Assembly (NCBI GenBank): GCA_937625935.1
Contig: OW569345.1
Span: 558,001-622,000 of the forward strand
Direction: 5' to 3'
Source: Tetramitus jugosus
Taxonomy: Eukaryota > Protista > Heterolobosea
Length of the DNA stretch: 64,000 nucleotides
The notes under the pieces were generated by a model that saw only the letters and a program-made list of their open reading frames with translations, was not told where the DNA came from and searched no databases. Below, one piece after another: positions 21,843-35,900 of this stretch; within the stretch, counting starts at the first letter, position 1, and each line of letters starts with the position of its first letter. A program made the translations under genes and the position numbers.

Positions 21843-23498
21843 ATGAAGCTCAATAGACATGTTTTGACTCTTTCACTGAGGATATTTGTTGTCTTGTTGG
21901 TCGTGGTTGCATTTGTGCAGTACTTCCAGTCATTAGGCAAACCTCGACCGGAAACGGAGCACCATGAAGCTCAACATCTTCCTGAAGAACCGCAACATGA
22001 AGTGCAGTATAGTTTATCTGGGGTATCCCACGAGGATTTATTGGGCATGATAAGGACCCGAGCAAATTCTACTTGTCGCTTCGAGCCATATGACCTTCTG
22101 AAAAACAAGAGCACCAAGGATAAGCATCTTGGTTCATGCACACCGACTCACACATGGTTCAATCCCAAGACACAAACCATTCGCATGAAATGTCCCAAAG
22201 CAACTCAAGTACCACTCATTTACAACAATAATCGTTTCGCGGCTCACTTGATTGATGAACAGAACTGGATCATGTTTCCAAAAGAACTCTATCGCAAGTT
22301 TGATGAGTTTTCAGTGAAAGGCTTCGAAGTTATTCAGACAGCATGTGTTGACTTGGAGACCAAGTCGAGTTTTCACTCATTCTTTGCTCAAGCTGTGAGA
22401 GATGAGCGATTGGTTGAGGAGCGTAAAGAGGTGCTCAAGAACTGGCAAGCCCAGTACAACAACTCCAAGGCAAAACCAAGACCTCTGGACATTCATGTTA
22501 TTGTCGTGGATTCGACTGGCAGGGACTTTTTCCATCGTCACTTTGCTCATACGAGAGAGTACTTGGAAGAACTTGGAAGAGAAAAGGATCTGAGTGTGAT
22601 CGAAATGGAGCAGTATCAAGTGCTCGAAATCAACTCTTATCCAAACATGTACCAATTTTCAACTGGACTGGGCATCCCTTTGAACGAAAGTGCGCCACGA
22701 TATGACAAACGAGTCCAAGAAAGACTCAGCGGAAAGCCCATCAAAGTCCCATTGCTCTGGGATCACTTGAAACCAATGGGATATGTCTCTTCGGTTGGAG
22801 AAGATGTCAGTAACTCGCCCCACACTGCTGGTTCAATTTATGGGTACAGAAATCAAAAGCTAACTTACGACATTTATCCTTCATATCACCTCGTGGTTGA
22901 TCGAGTTACCAGACAGTTACGTTATCCCTTTGAGAATCGACATTGGCTGTGTCCATGTGCAGGAGACAAGTTTATGAGCAATCATATCTTTTCATTTGCA
23001 CGATCTATGTTTCAGGAGTATCATGATGTTCCAAAGTTTTTGATGACAGTCCACGATGAGCCTCATGACACAGTTGGAAATCAAGTGTTGATGCTTGATC
23101 CAGACCTCAAAAACTATCTCAAGTGGTTGCACACATCAGGAAGGTTCAAACACACAGCAGTGGTTCTGATGGCTGATCATGGACTTCACTATGGGCCACT
23201 TTATTCAAGAAACAAGACACAAGCTCTGTGGGAGCATGCAAGACCATTTGCAACATTTATTCTTCCAAAATATGTTGCCACTGATCAACTGAAGCAAAAT
23301 GCAAAGAGATTGGTCAATATAAGGGACTTCCACATGACAATTCGTGATTTGGCTTCGTTTCCGCACAGAAGCACAGAGAATAGTGTCAGTTCACTCGCAA
23401 GATCTCTGCTGCATGACACGATTAATATCAACAGAACATGCGAAGAGATGCAAGTTAATGCCAAGTATCGTATTGCATGTTCGAATTCCACCACATAG
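21843..23498 (+). CDS. DUF229 / alkaline-phosphatase-sulfatase superfamily type II membrane protein
   Basis: N-terminal TM; VIVVDST, NSYPN, EPHD and LMADHG metal-binding motifs. Confidence 0.8.
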   Translation: MKLNRHVLTLSLRIFVVLLVVVAFVQYFQSLGKPRPETEHHEAQHLPEEPQHEVQYSLSGVSHEDLLGMIRTRANSTCRFEPYDLLKNKSTKDKHLGSCTPTHTWFNPKTQTIRMKCPKATQVPLIYNNNRFAAHLIDEQNWIMFPKELYRKFDEFSVKGFEVIQTACVDLETKSSFHSFFAQAVRDERLVEERKEVLKNWQAQYNNSKAKPRPLDIHVIVVDSTGRDFFHRHFAHTREYLEELGREKDLSVIEMEQYQVLEINSYPNMYQFSTGLGIPLNESAPRYDKRVQERLSGKPIKVPLLWDHLKPMGYVSSVGEDVSNSPHTAGSIYGYRNQKLTYDIYPSYHLVVDRVTRQLRYPFENRHWLCPCAGDKFMSNHIFSFARSMFQEYHDVPKFLMTVHDEPHDTVGNQVLMLDPDLKNYLKWLHTSGRFKHTAVVLMADHGLHYGPLYSRNKTQALWEHARPFATFILPKYVATDQLKQNAKRLVNIRDFHMTIRDLASFPHRSTENSVSSLARSLLHDTININRTCEEMQVNAKYRIACSNSTT

Positions 23499-23577
23499 GC
23501 TTTTTGAATGCGCGATGTTTTTTCAATCAAAAGAATGATATTTTGAATTGAGTTCGAGCTTTTTATTAGGGGGATTC

Positions 23578-24516
<939 letters not shown>

Positions 24517-24823
24517 TTAAGTTTCTTTTTACAGAGGGTTCTTAGTGTTGTTGTTGGTTTGTTGTTGTTGTTTTTAACTAACGTCCAGTTCTGTTGGGGT
24601 CGCTTTTATAGCTTCTGTTGGGTCCCTCAAAATATGCGGAATCTGAGCTTTAGGAACTTCATTGAGCAATCATGCCAATAATAGCTCAAGACTTTTCCTA
24701 TTTATCCGAGCAGACACTTTCTTGAAAGACGTTATCGGTTCCTTGTTTTGCTCGAATTCTACTCTTCCCTGGAACCAAAACTCAAATTCTCCTCCTACAT
24801 ACACACAAAAAGGCAATCAGAAA

Positions 24824-25894
24824 ATGAACAATGTTAGCTTTTCAGTTCTCTCACCACCATCGTCCTCATCAGCAATGATCACCACCAACATTGTCAATCA
24901 ACAACAACAACCACCTCATCAACCACAAAATGCATCCTTCTCCTCTCCACATGCTGTTGGTGGTGAGTCCAATCGTTACATTATGAGAGCAAAGCTCACC
25001 AGTGCCAAAGCTCTCAGCACAATTCTCTCTACAGTCCTACTCAAGAAGACAACACGTGCCAAATTTCAATTATTGGACTCTGGTATCAAAGTTATTGTTC
25101 ATCACGAGAGCAAAGCTTTTCAGTGTGTTGCCTTTCTGAGAAAAGGTCTCTTTCAGTCGTATCATTTCTCATCGGATGCACCTGTCGAGTTTGAACTCCA
25201 GTTGGCCGACTTGATTGACTGCTTAAACTTTTATGGTGGATCTGCGAGTGGTACCTCTGTTTTTCTCAGTTTCCCCGGTGTGGAACGAACGTTGTCACTG
25301 TTGTTGAGTGAGGCGAGTAATCATGTCATGACGGATTGTGGACTTCGAACGTCAGAGGTCGATCATGATGTTGTTGATTATTCGTTTGGTAGTAGTGATT
25401 CGTCTCATGTGGCAATGATAAAGTTGGATGCCGATGTTCTCAAGGAAGCCATCACTGAAGTCGAATATCTGGAGAGTTCCATTACGATGGCATTCAAGAA
25501 GGTACCAGGTCAAGTGAACAATGATCCAACAGATCAACAACAACAACTGCAGGAAGATTTGAATAATGAACCGGTGGGTATGAGACTGTCATCTGAGGGA
25601 CATCAAGGTATCATTGATGTGCTCATGCTTCACAATAGTCCACCTGTTCACATGTACACTTGCACAGAGGATTGTTCATTCCGTTACTTGTTTCAACACT
25701 TTCAGCGCATTGGAAAAGCACTGTTGGGTAATCAAACGACAGCAACAATCAAGGTCAACCAGAGAGGCATCTGCTCTATCCAGCAACACATTCGGCAGGA
25801 GACAGATGACACGATCAACGTTGTAGAATACATTTTGGCACCAGAGCTAAATACGATCGATTCAGAGGATGGCATGGATGATTATCTAGAGTAA
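24824..25894 (+). CDS. RAD1: 9-1-1 checkpoint clamp subunit Rad1
   Basis: SGIKVIV...KAFQCVAFLRKGLFQSY...LIDCLNFYG...FRYLF...IKVNQRGICSIQ...VEYILAP. Confidence 0.8.
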   Translation: MNNVSFSVLSPPSSSSAMITTNIVNQQQQPPHQPQNASFSSPHAVGGESNRYIMRAKLTSAKALSTILSTVLLKKTTRAKFQLLDSGIKVIVHHESKAFQCVAFLRKGLFQSYHFSSDAPVEFELQLADLIDCLNFYGGSASGTSVFLSFPGVERTLSLLLSEASNHVMTDCGLRTSEVDHDVVDYSFGSSDSSHVAMIKLDADVLKEAITEVEYLESSITMAFKKVPGQVNNDPTDQQQQLQEDLNNEPVGMRLSSEGHQGIIDVLMLHNSPPVHMYTCTEDCSFRYLFQHFQRIGKALLGNQTTATIKVNQRGICSIQQHIRQETDDTINVVEYILAPELNTIDSEDGMDDYLE

Positions 25895-25986
25895 GCAATC
25901 TCTAATGTACAAACAATGAACGAATAAACAAAATCTCAGGAGAGATTTATTTGTTTACAGCAATTACTTTTATGCTTCTAACATGT

Positions 25987-27539
<1,553 letters not shown>

Positions 27540-27618
27540 TTATCGAGGGAACAAAAATGACAATTGGTCAAACACCGGACTCATTTTATGTGAGGATTGC
27601 GTACGCAAAACATTTGGA

Positions 27619-28953
27619 TTACAATGCAGTAATGGAACAAATGTCTCTCAATCTTGCGGAAACTTCCTCTGCGGAGGCAACGGTGCAAGCATCTCTAATG
27701 TAAGATGCATACTCAATGTTTGCTTCATTGAATTGTCCGCAGTACTTTTCCATTGCTTGGACAGCAATCTTGTTACATGTTGGGTTCATGGTTCTAGAGT
27801 AGCAGTGATCACTGGCTCTTGCGGCAGCGTCCTTTGCTCTCACGACGTGCAAGTTCAATGCATGAGACAATGCACCAAACACAACATTGGCTCTCAAGTG
27901 TTGTCTCTGATGTTCTTTCAATTCCATTTGATACTTGTAATCGTTGCTCTTGCGAATCATGTTCAACAAGTAGTGTTCCTTGACCTTTCTGGAGCTCAAT
28001 GCATCACCACCAATCTTCACCAAAGGTGTTGGCATCATGAGACCGAGGCTGTACTGTGGTTCAGCTTGCTTCTTGTCTCCACGGAAGAAGAGAGACAATG
28101 GTTCTTCACTGATGGACTTTGTTCCGTATTGGCAAACATTTGATGTGTTGACTTGCTTCTTCAATGACAAGTATTGATCTTGGAATGTAACCTTGTCCAA
28201 ATTGTTCATCAACTTTGTTGTTTCCATCAAGTAATCAACAGAGAAGCAATCAGCCAAGTAAGTGTTGTACACATTGGAGGAGAAGCAAGCATAGCTTGAC
28301 TCAAATGGATTGGCAGCAGTCACTGCATACACATTCCACTCATCCTTCAACAAATTGTTGAACATGCTTCCAGATTCACATGCTTCAATATACATGACCA
28401 TCTCCTTGTACTTGTTTTGATTGTGCATCTGTTCAATGGTCTTTACGAGATCTTCAGCATGCAACACACTGAATCCTGGGAAGGCAATCAAACCAGGTGA
28501 GCCATGGTCACTGAAAAAGACAAAAATTCGGTCGTTTGGTCCAGAAGCGATCGTCTTCTTGCCAGGTCCCATATTTTCACCGCTCAAAATTTTTAAAAAA
28601 TTTTCTGGGGTCACGTCCTTGCCAGTGTAGTCCTTTGGTACGCCAGGATAGTTGTTTGGGCCTCCAGGGTAGTTGATGACTGTTCCAGGCTTTGGATTTT
28701 GACTATTGTTGGCAATATCATCATAGTGCATCACAATAATGTTCTCTTCTGGGATTCCGAGATTGACATACAGTTGATATGCGTGGTAAACGTCAGACTG
28801 GTGACGATAGTTGTAGTAGTCCTTGCTGCCAGCGACGAGCAAGACCCATTTCTTTCCTTGATCATCAGCAGCAGCAGAGGCAGTGGAGACAAGTGCGATG
28901 AGTAACAAGAGTGCGCCAAGCAGGAACACACAGGAAGCTTTTTGGAATTTCAT
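27619..28953 (-). CDS. LGMN: Legumain / asparaginyl endopeptidase (C13)
   Basis: Signal peptide; NYRHQSD, SDHG (catalytic His), EACESGS (catalytic Cys). Confidence 0.95.
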   Translation of the reverse strand: MKFQKASCVFLLGALLLLIALVSTASAAADDQGKKWVLLVAGSKDYYNYRHQSDVYHAYQLYVNLGIPEENIIVMHYDDIANNSQNPKPGTVINYPGGPNNYPGVPKDYTGKDVTPENFLKILSGENMGPGKKTIASGPNDRIFVFFSDHGSPGLIAFPGFSVLHAEDLVKTIEQMHNQNKYKEMVMYIEACESGSMFNNLLKDEWNVYAVTAANPFESSYACFSSNVYNTYLADCFSVDYLMETTKLMNNLDKVTFQDQYLSLKKQVNTSNVCQYGTKSISEEPLSLFFRGDKKQAEPQYSLGLMMPTPLVKIGGDALSSRKVKEHYLLNMIRKSNDYKYQMELKEHQRQHLRANVVFGALSHALNLHVVRAKDAAARASDHCYSRTMNPTCNKIAVQAMEKYCGQFNEANIEYASYIRDACTVASAEEVSARLRDICSITAL

Positions 28954-29163
28954 TGGAGTGTTGTTTGTTACTTTTATAATCAATGAGTTGTTCTTGTTGT
29001 TGAAAAAGAATCCAAAAATTCTTTATTTTGCTTCTCATGGCGGATGGGGGCTTCCAAGCTGCTGTGGGAATAACTCCCAGAAACGTGTTTTTTTCTCTCC
29101 AGCAAGAAGAATGAGAAGTTAAAAATAGCAGTTGAATACAACAATGGTGATTTTATGAAAGAT

Positions 29164-31311
29164 TTAGTCAGTCATGGTAAAGCATTCATAGGCTGATTCA
29201 TTCTTGTTGAAGAGCATGGCTTTCTTACGGAACTCGAGCGGGACAGAGTCTTCTGGTTCTTGGTCGTCGTGGTATTGTTGGTTGTTGTTCTTCTTGTTTC
29301 CTTTCCGCTTGTTCTGGTTTTGTGGGACGTAGTTGAATTCAGTGTCAAACTTTGTGTTGTAGTCACGAGATATCAGCTCTTTCAAGCTAAACTCTGCCTT
29401 GTTTTCCAGCAAGTTCTGTCTGAATTCCCGAGCAAAAGCAGCAACAGCAGGATCGTAATGACTCTTGAGAGCTTCAATTTCCCAGAGAGAACTGTCCATT
29501 GCTCCACACTCCTTCAAGTTTAGATTCTTAATGTTGAATGGTTCTTTGCCCTGATTTTCATCATTCTTGTACAGATCACTGTCCAATTGCAACACAGCAC
29601 TGTTTATCTTTTGCGTTAAACGCTTTCGGTTTCTTTCTGCAATTTCACTATTGTGCACCAGGAATCTCACTTTAGTGTGTCGCTTTAGCAAATTGTAGAC
29701 CATTGTAATGAGATAGAGAGATGCAAATGGAGGTACTTGCAAGGCTAAACGAGCAAACTTCTTTGCAAATGCAGCAACAATATAAGTAGTCAGATGCGTA
29801 GATCGAAGGAACATGTCAATTAGCTCCAAAAAGGTCTTTCTATAGCTCATATTGAACACTTCAGGTTCAATAATGCTATACAACTTCTCATAAAAGTTTG
29901 GATAGGACATGTTGTACTTTGTAATCAAGGTAAACAAACTTTTAACAGACAACAATGCAATGAATCCACCCTTGTTGAATGACGAGCTAATAAAGTCGGT
30001 CAACACAATTGGATTATCAAAGTTTGGAATAATGTGATCATCCATTCTCATCAACACAATCTGATAAATGATTCGAGGGATATCTGGAAGCAACAGGAAC
30101 GACAACCAAAACTTGCTGAAAATCTTCTTAAACTCGGCTGTGCTCTTTAGACCATCTGCCATTGTTTTCTGTACGACTGGCTTCTTGTTGTCCTTTTGTT
30201 TCTTGTGCTTCTTGCTTGATTCAACAACTGCGTCATCATTGTCCTCCACTGATTTCTTCGATTTGAAAAAGTAATTCATTTCCTCTTCTTCTTCTTCTTC
30301 GTCATCTCCTCCACCCATCATTGCAGCAAGTGCAAGTTCATCCTCTTCATCACCACCATTCATCTTGTCTGATGATGCTTCATTAAACAATGGTGCTGGT
30401 AGTTTGTCAATTACACCCAACACATTGGTGCAGAATGAGCCAATCGTGTTCAATGAATCAGAAGCTGATTTAGAGTTGTACTGTTGAACAACAGAGTACA
30501 GTGCACTCAACACCATAAACTTGACATCATTGTAACCAATCAAATACTCATTTCTAAAGTGTTCAACAGGAACAACAGGCACAAAGCTACTCGTAGTTGT
30601 CAGAGCAAACAAAAAGGCACTCAATAGTCCATACTTTGAAATGGCATAGCACTTTTGCATCTCCTTCTCATCATTCAACAAAATGTTCAAACTGTTCATT
30701 TCACACTTGATCAATTGCATAATCAAATCGACAGAGAGCCGTTGAATGACTTGTTCCTCACAAAACAAGTAGTCAAACAACACCTTTTGAAAAGATTGAT
30801 ATCTCTTTTGAATCCATTGTCTATATTTTTTGAGAGCTTCCTTTTCATTGGAGTCAGCATCATTGGACAATGTGGATGATGGAGTAGCGTCCAACATGAT
30901 CAACTGAAGCATAGATTCATTCTTTTCATGCTCTGAAAAATCCAATTGTAATTCATGATTGTTCCAATAGTGAACAAAAATGTTTGAAATACTCTTCAGG
31001 TAGCACACAATGAGCTTACAGTCCGTTTCGTCCTTTGCAAATTGAATGAGAGAGATGAGCAAGTTGGCATTGGTTTTGGATGAGGTGATTTTTTGTTCAA
31101 ATTGTTGAATTTGTTCCTTGTTTTGTGGTTTTTCGATTGCAGGTGTTGGTGTTGCTGTAGTTGCTTTTTTGGCGCTCTTTTGAGTCGTTTTCGCTTTTTT
31201 GGCGGGAGTGGAGGCAGTGTCGTTTGTTGTTGGTGCGGCTCTCTTTTTGTTGTTGTTGTTGTTGGTAGGAGTGGTTGCACTCTGTGTTTTGGTAGTTGCC
31301 TTCTTTGCCAT
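29164..31311 (-). CDS. NOC4: Nucleolar complex protein 4 (CBF/Mak21 domain)
   Basis: YPNFYEKLY...FLRSTHL...VAAFAKKFARLAL...SSLWEIEALKSHY. Confidence 0.9.
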   Translation of the reverse strand: MAKKATTKTQSATTPTNNNNNKKRAAPTTNDTASTPAKKAKTTQKSAKKATTATPTPAIEKPQNKEQIQQFEQKITSSKTNANLLISLIQFAKDETDCKLIVCYLKSISNIFVHYWNNHELQLDFSEHEKNESMLQLIMLDATPSSTLSNDADSNEKEALKKYRQWIQKRYQSFQKVLFDYLFCEEQVIQRLSVDLIMQLIKCEMNSLNILLNDEKEMQKCYAISKYGLLSAFLFALTTTSSFVPVVPVEHFRNEYLIGYNDVKFMVLSALYSVVQQYNSKSASDSLNTIGSFCTNVLGVIDKLPAPLFNEASSDKMNGGDEEDELALAAMMGGGDDEEEEEEEMNYFFKSKKSVEDNDDAVVESSKKHKKQKDNKKPVVQKTMADGLKSTAEFKKIFSKFWLSFLLLPDIPRIIYQIVLMRMDDHIIPNFDNPIVLTDFISSSFNKGGFIALLSVKSLFTLITKYNMSYPNFYEKLYSIIEPEVFNMSYRKTFLELIDMFLRSTHLTTYIVAAFAKKFARLALQVPPFASLYLITMVYNLLKRHTKVRFLVHNSEIAERNRKRLTQKINSAVLQLDSDLYKNDENQGKEPFNIKNLNLKECGAMDSSLWEIEALKSHYDPAVAAFAREFRQNLLENKAEFSLKELISRDYNTKFDTEFNYVPQNQNKRKGNKKNNNQQYHDDQEPEDSVPLEFRKKAMLFNKNESAYECFTMTD

Positions 31312-31699
31312 GATATGGAGTTGTTGGTGATTGTTTATTTAGTCCTTTGTTGCTTTCAGAAATGGTTTTTCACACGGGGAAAAAATTCACCTTACACATG
31401 TTGATTGAACTTGTATCGGAGAAAATGATCCAAATACGCGCCGAAATACAACAATTGTATCTCTCTAGGTGTGGATGTCATAAAACCCGATCTATCCCGG
31501 ACCAAATTGGGAGGTGATCTCCTTTGTGTGAATAATTTTGCTGAAATTCAACAAAATCAATTTAGGTTTCTTTTTTCTTGTTTCTATTTCCATGTTGATC
31601 AATGTTGTTGACATCCACACTTAAGCATGCTGATGTGCCAACATTTGTTTGAATTGAAAACACTATCAGATATAACATAACAAAGCAACACAATTAACA

Positions 31700-33773
31700 A
31701 TGCATTCCTACAAATTCAACTCCTTTCTCGCTCTCTTCTTTTGTTTGACCTTAGTTGACATCTCACTTTCTCAGTTGAGTGGAACATCGGTATGGACTCG
31801 AGGATACAACAATGCCAGGACAGGGGCAAACCTAAGTGAGAAGACTCTCAACACACACAATGTAAATGTTCAACAATTTGGAAAGTTATTCTCAAGAAAG
31901 GTTGTTGGTCACATCTATGCTCAAATACTGTACGTTCCCAACGTCTACATCTCCAGCACTTCCAAGAACCATAACACAATCTTTGTGGCCACCCAATCCA
32001 ATAATGTTTATGCATTTGATGCAGATGACGTAAATAACAATAATCCACTGTGGCAAGTGAACTTGGGAACTCCATACTACACCTCGGATAATGATGTGGG
32101 AACTAATTGCGGATTCTTTCAAGACATTGCAATTGAGGTGGGTATCACCTCTACACCAGTGATAGACACTGGGTCCAACACAATATATGTCGTTGCTCTC
32201 ACGAAAGAAAATGGAGAGTTCAAACACAAGTTACACGCGCTGAGCCTCTCCGATGGCAGCGAGAAACCAAACAGTCCAGTTGTCGTTCAAGCAACTATAG
32301 CTGGCAATGGAGATGGGAGTTATGGAGGTCGTCTTTCGTTCCTATCTAAAACATCTCTTCAACGATTGTCTCTGGCTTTGATCAATGGAGTAGTGTACTT
32401 TGGTTTTGGTGGTTATTGTTTGTATGTATTCATCATCATTTATTATATGTACTTTTCTTTGCGGGAACCAGTTCAACTAATACAGATTTCCTTCTTCTTA
32501 TTAAATCAGTACTCCACCCTATCATGGATGGTTATTTGGATACGACAGTCAAACTCTTCAACAAAAACTCGTCTACTGCAGCACCCCCAACGGTAGAGGA
32601 GGGGGAATCTGGCAAGGAGGAGGCGCCATTACAAGTGATGGAGCATATCTTTATTTTGTGTCAACTAACGGTGACTTTGATGGAGTTACAAACTTTGGAG
32701 ACACATTCACAAAGATGAATCCAAGCAATGCCAAAATAGTTAGTTCATTTACACCTTACAATCAATACAGTATGTTTCAAGCTGATCTTGATGCAGGGAC
32801 AACTGGGATCACACTCATTCCCAATTCAGATTTGCTCCTGGGTTGTTCAAAGGTGGGAAGATGCTATTTGATGAATAAGAGTAACATGGGAGGTTACAAT
32901 CCAAATGCGAACAATATTGTTCAAGACTTCAATCCATCGCCAGAAGTCGGAGAGAGGTTTGGAGCTGGAGTTCACACTACTCCTGTTGCTTGGGAGTCTG
33001 CAAGCAAGGGAACATTGGTATATATATGGAGAGCAGCTGGAAAATTGCAAGCACTTCATTTGATTCGCAGTGGGTCATTAGGACAATTTGACCTGGGTCA
33101 GACAGAGACATCCAACATCGCTACAGCTGAATTCCCTGGTGGAATGCTGTCACTGTCAGCCGACGGTTCTTCTCAAGGTTCTGGTATTATATGGGCTTGT
33201 CATTCAACCACTGGATCGGCTAACCATATCATACAACAAGGTGTCCTGAGGGCAGTGAATGCGGAAGACATTAGTCAGGAGTTGTGGAATTCTGATCAGA
33301 ACAAAGCGAGAGATTCTGTTGGATACTTTGCCAAATTCAATCCACCAATGGTCATTAATGGTCGAGTGTATGTTGCCACCTTTGGTCAAGGAAGAGAATC
33401 CTACGTGCATGCTTTTGGCATACTCAATCCTCCAGTTCAACAATCTTCCGTTCAGATTAGTTTTCCCCAAGACACTTCCCAACATAATAGTGCTAGACCC
33501 CCTGCACCTGCCCCTTCCCCTGCTCCTGCTCCTTCTCCTTCCATACAACCAGAACCTTCTCCATCTCATTCACAGTCTCCCACTCCCTCACCAACCCCTC
33601 CACCCATCCACACTCCTACACCCACTCCTACATCATCTCCTCCCTCTCCTCCCGAGGCAGATCCATACGTCAATAGACCCCCAGCGGCACTTACCTCTTC
33701 CTCAGAACGCTATGTTCGTTCTTATAGTTGGTGGGTTTTGCTCTGCCTTGTTGGGGTCATGGTGTTGTTGTGA
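31700..33773 (+). CDS. Secreted bacterial-type PQQ-like beta-propeller protein with Pro-rich stalk and hydrophobic C-terminal anchor; intron 32422-32509
   Basis: Signal peptide; YNNARTGAN...FGKLF...IYAQILY, GITSTPVID, PYHGW, KFNPPMVINGRVYV. A GTATGT...CAG intron restores the frame. Confidence 0.75.
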
Positions 33774-34165
33774 GTGATCAAGCCTTGTTGATTAGAAATT
33801 ATACTGAAACATCAACTGGTGCTCAAATCGCACCCAAGCGTTTATGGAGTATTCCAGGACCCCAAGATAAGAAGTGAAAACCTCCTCCATTCTCCTTTGT
33901 CTCTGAAAGACTCTATTCAAAGACAAAATGGAAAGGATAAAAGAGAAACAAACTCGATCAGAATCAAATTTACAACCATCAAGGATTGACTGGCGGTTTC
34001 TGACCAATTCTTTGGCTCAAACGAAAAATAAAAAAATAACTTTTTAAGGTTTTTCTGCGGTCGCAATGGATGACTATATTGTTGTTAAGTTAGATGCCGA
34101 AGGCATCGAATACCACATTTTAATTGTCCACAAAAAATACATACGCCTTTAACAAATCATTCTGT

Positions 34166-34647
34166 TTATTGATTAACAACTCTCCACCCTCCAGGTACCA
34201 ATTCAAATTGTTCCCATGAACATGCCAAGTAGAATCCCTTCCACTTCACATAACCATACCAAGAACCATTTTGATACTTCCAATCCAGAACATCATCAAT
34301 TTGATAGAACTGTCCATTGGAGGTGTAGTTTTGGTGAATGTGACAGTACTGGGTTCCACGTTTCCTTTGCAATTTGCACGGTAAGCCTGACTTGCAAACG
34401 GCCAAACAGTATGAGTACAAATTGTCCATATAAGACCTTATTGTTGATAGATTATTGACCATCGAAGATCGAAAATCCCGACACGTCAATACCAAATTCA
34501 ACATCTTCTACACCAAGGAACGAACCAACTAGATACACAAATAAATCAATATGTATATCGGTTATCGGTTCTTACTTTTCTTTTGACTCCAAACTTTACC
34601 AATTGTTGGTTATGTCTTCTTTTGGCGCCTTTTCCTTGTTTTCCCAT
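34166..34647 (-). pseudogene. Cargo F-box/Zn-finger/chromodomain ORF, frameshifted in copy 1
   Basis: Keeps the ATG (MGKQGKGAKRR) but has small indels near 34500 and 34560 relative to copy 2. Confidence 0.7.
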
Positions 34648-34661
34648 TTGTTCATTGATTT

Positions 34662-34926
34662 TTTTCATCAAAAAAACTTGCAAAAAACAGAAAACAAACA
34701 CTCTGAAGGACATCGTGAGAGCGAGTGACCTGATGATGAGTATGAGTTTTCTGACGTTTGTCAAATTCTGTCCTATTGATACCATTAGAGATTTTTCATC
34801 AAAAAAAACTTGCAAAAAACAGAAAACAAACACTCTGAAGGACATCGTGAGAGCGAGTGACCTGATGATGAGTGTGAGTTTTCTGAAGTTTGTCAAATTC
34901 TGTCCTACTATTGATACCATTAGAGA
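34662..34926 (+). repeat. About 132-bp tandem duplication specific to copy 1
   Basis: Unit TTTTTCATCAAAA...CTCTGAAGGACATCGTGAG...GATACCATTAGAGA occurs twice; copy 2 has a single unit. Confidence 0.9.
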
Positions 34927-34935
34927 GGTGTTGAA

Positions 34936-35561
34936 TTGTCCGATAACTTGAGTATTCAGATCTCATTGATGACACTTGCTCTTCAAACATATCCTGATAA
35001 CACTGACTATGTCAACAAGATTATTAATAACATTGCTAGTCAATTGAATAGCACTGCACTTGCTTCAGATGAAATTGTAGACATGTTGAAGCGATTGTTG
35101 TTGGTGCCACTCGAGTCATACAACAATGTGCTAACAGTTTTGAAGTTGGAGAAGTATGGTGATATTATTCATTCTCTTGGATATGAACAGAGAAAGTTTA
35201 TTGCACTGAGCATTGTGAGATGCGCACTTGACAATGGACACAAGATTTCAACATTTGAACAAGTGAACAAACCGTTTGATTTGATTCGTCCACTGTTGAA
35301 GACCAGACAACATTCTCACCTTCTGACGACTCACCAATAGCTGCAACATTGCTCGAAGATTTCGAAGAAGAACAGAACTTGATTGCCAGATTGGTTCATT
35401 TGTTTGACAATAGCGATTCTGATCAATTGTTTAAAGTTTTGGCCGCAGCCAGAAAGCACTTTGGTCAGAGTGGTGTCAAGAGAATTCAATACACATTGGT
35501 ACCGCTTGTATTCTCCTACTTGAAACTTGCTCAGAGAATCTACAATGCACACTGCAAATAG
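34936..35561 (+). pseudogene. VPS35: Captured VPS35 internal fragment, frameshifted (copy 1)
   Basis: YPDNTDYV...LLLVPLESYNNVLTVLKL...EDFEEEQNLIARLVH...ARKHFGQSGVKRIQYTLVPLVF; 10-nt deletion near 35300 versus copy 2. Confidence 0.85.
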
Positions 35562-35900
35562 ACACCTCTTGTCGACTCTCCATCTTTTTTGATTGATTTG
35601 GTTGTTGTTGTTGCTGATGTTCGTTGTGCGACTTGTGTTTTTCGTTGTTGTTGTCGTGTCAGAGAGAAAGTTTTTCGTTGGTTCAAGATTGGATCGATAG
35701 GTGGAGATATTATAAAAAAATACAATAAATGTTGTATCAGTTTCTTCTAAGCTGCGGAATTGGTGCAGTTGTAACAATTTCCGTTGAGACTGTCTTTACA
35801 ACGGCAACGGCCATCTACCTCGGTTTAAAAAGCGCTGTCTTTTTCGCTGTTTGATTCAACTCACACAACAAATACAACACACAACAAATACAATAACATT

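Noticed and set aside
34662-34926. Repeat near the nuclease considered as a CRISPR-like array
   Set aside because: Only two adjacent units of about 132 bp with no spacers; a simple tandem duplication.
35331-35777. 148-aa ORF identical in both Fanzor elements (also 59458-59904)
   Set aside because: Non-ATG start, largely antisense to the VPS35 fragment, no domain; identity is explained by recent duplication.
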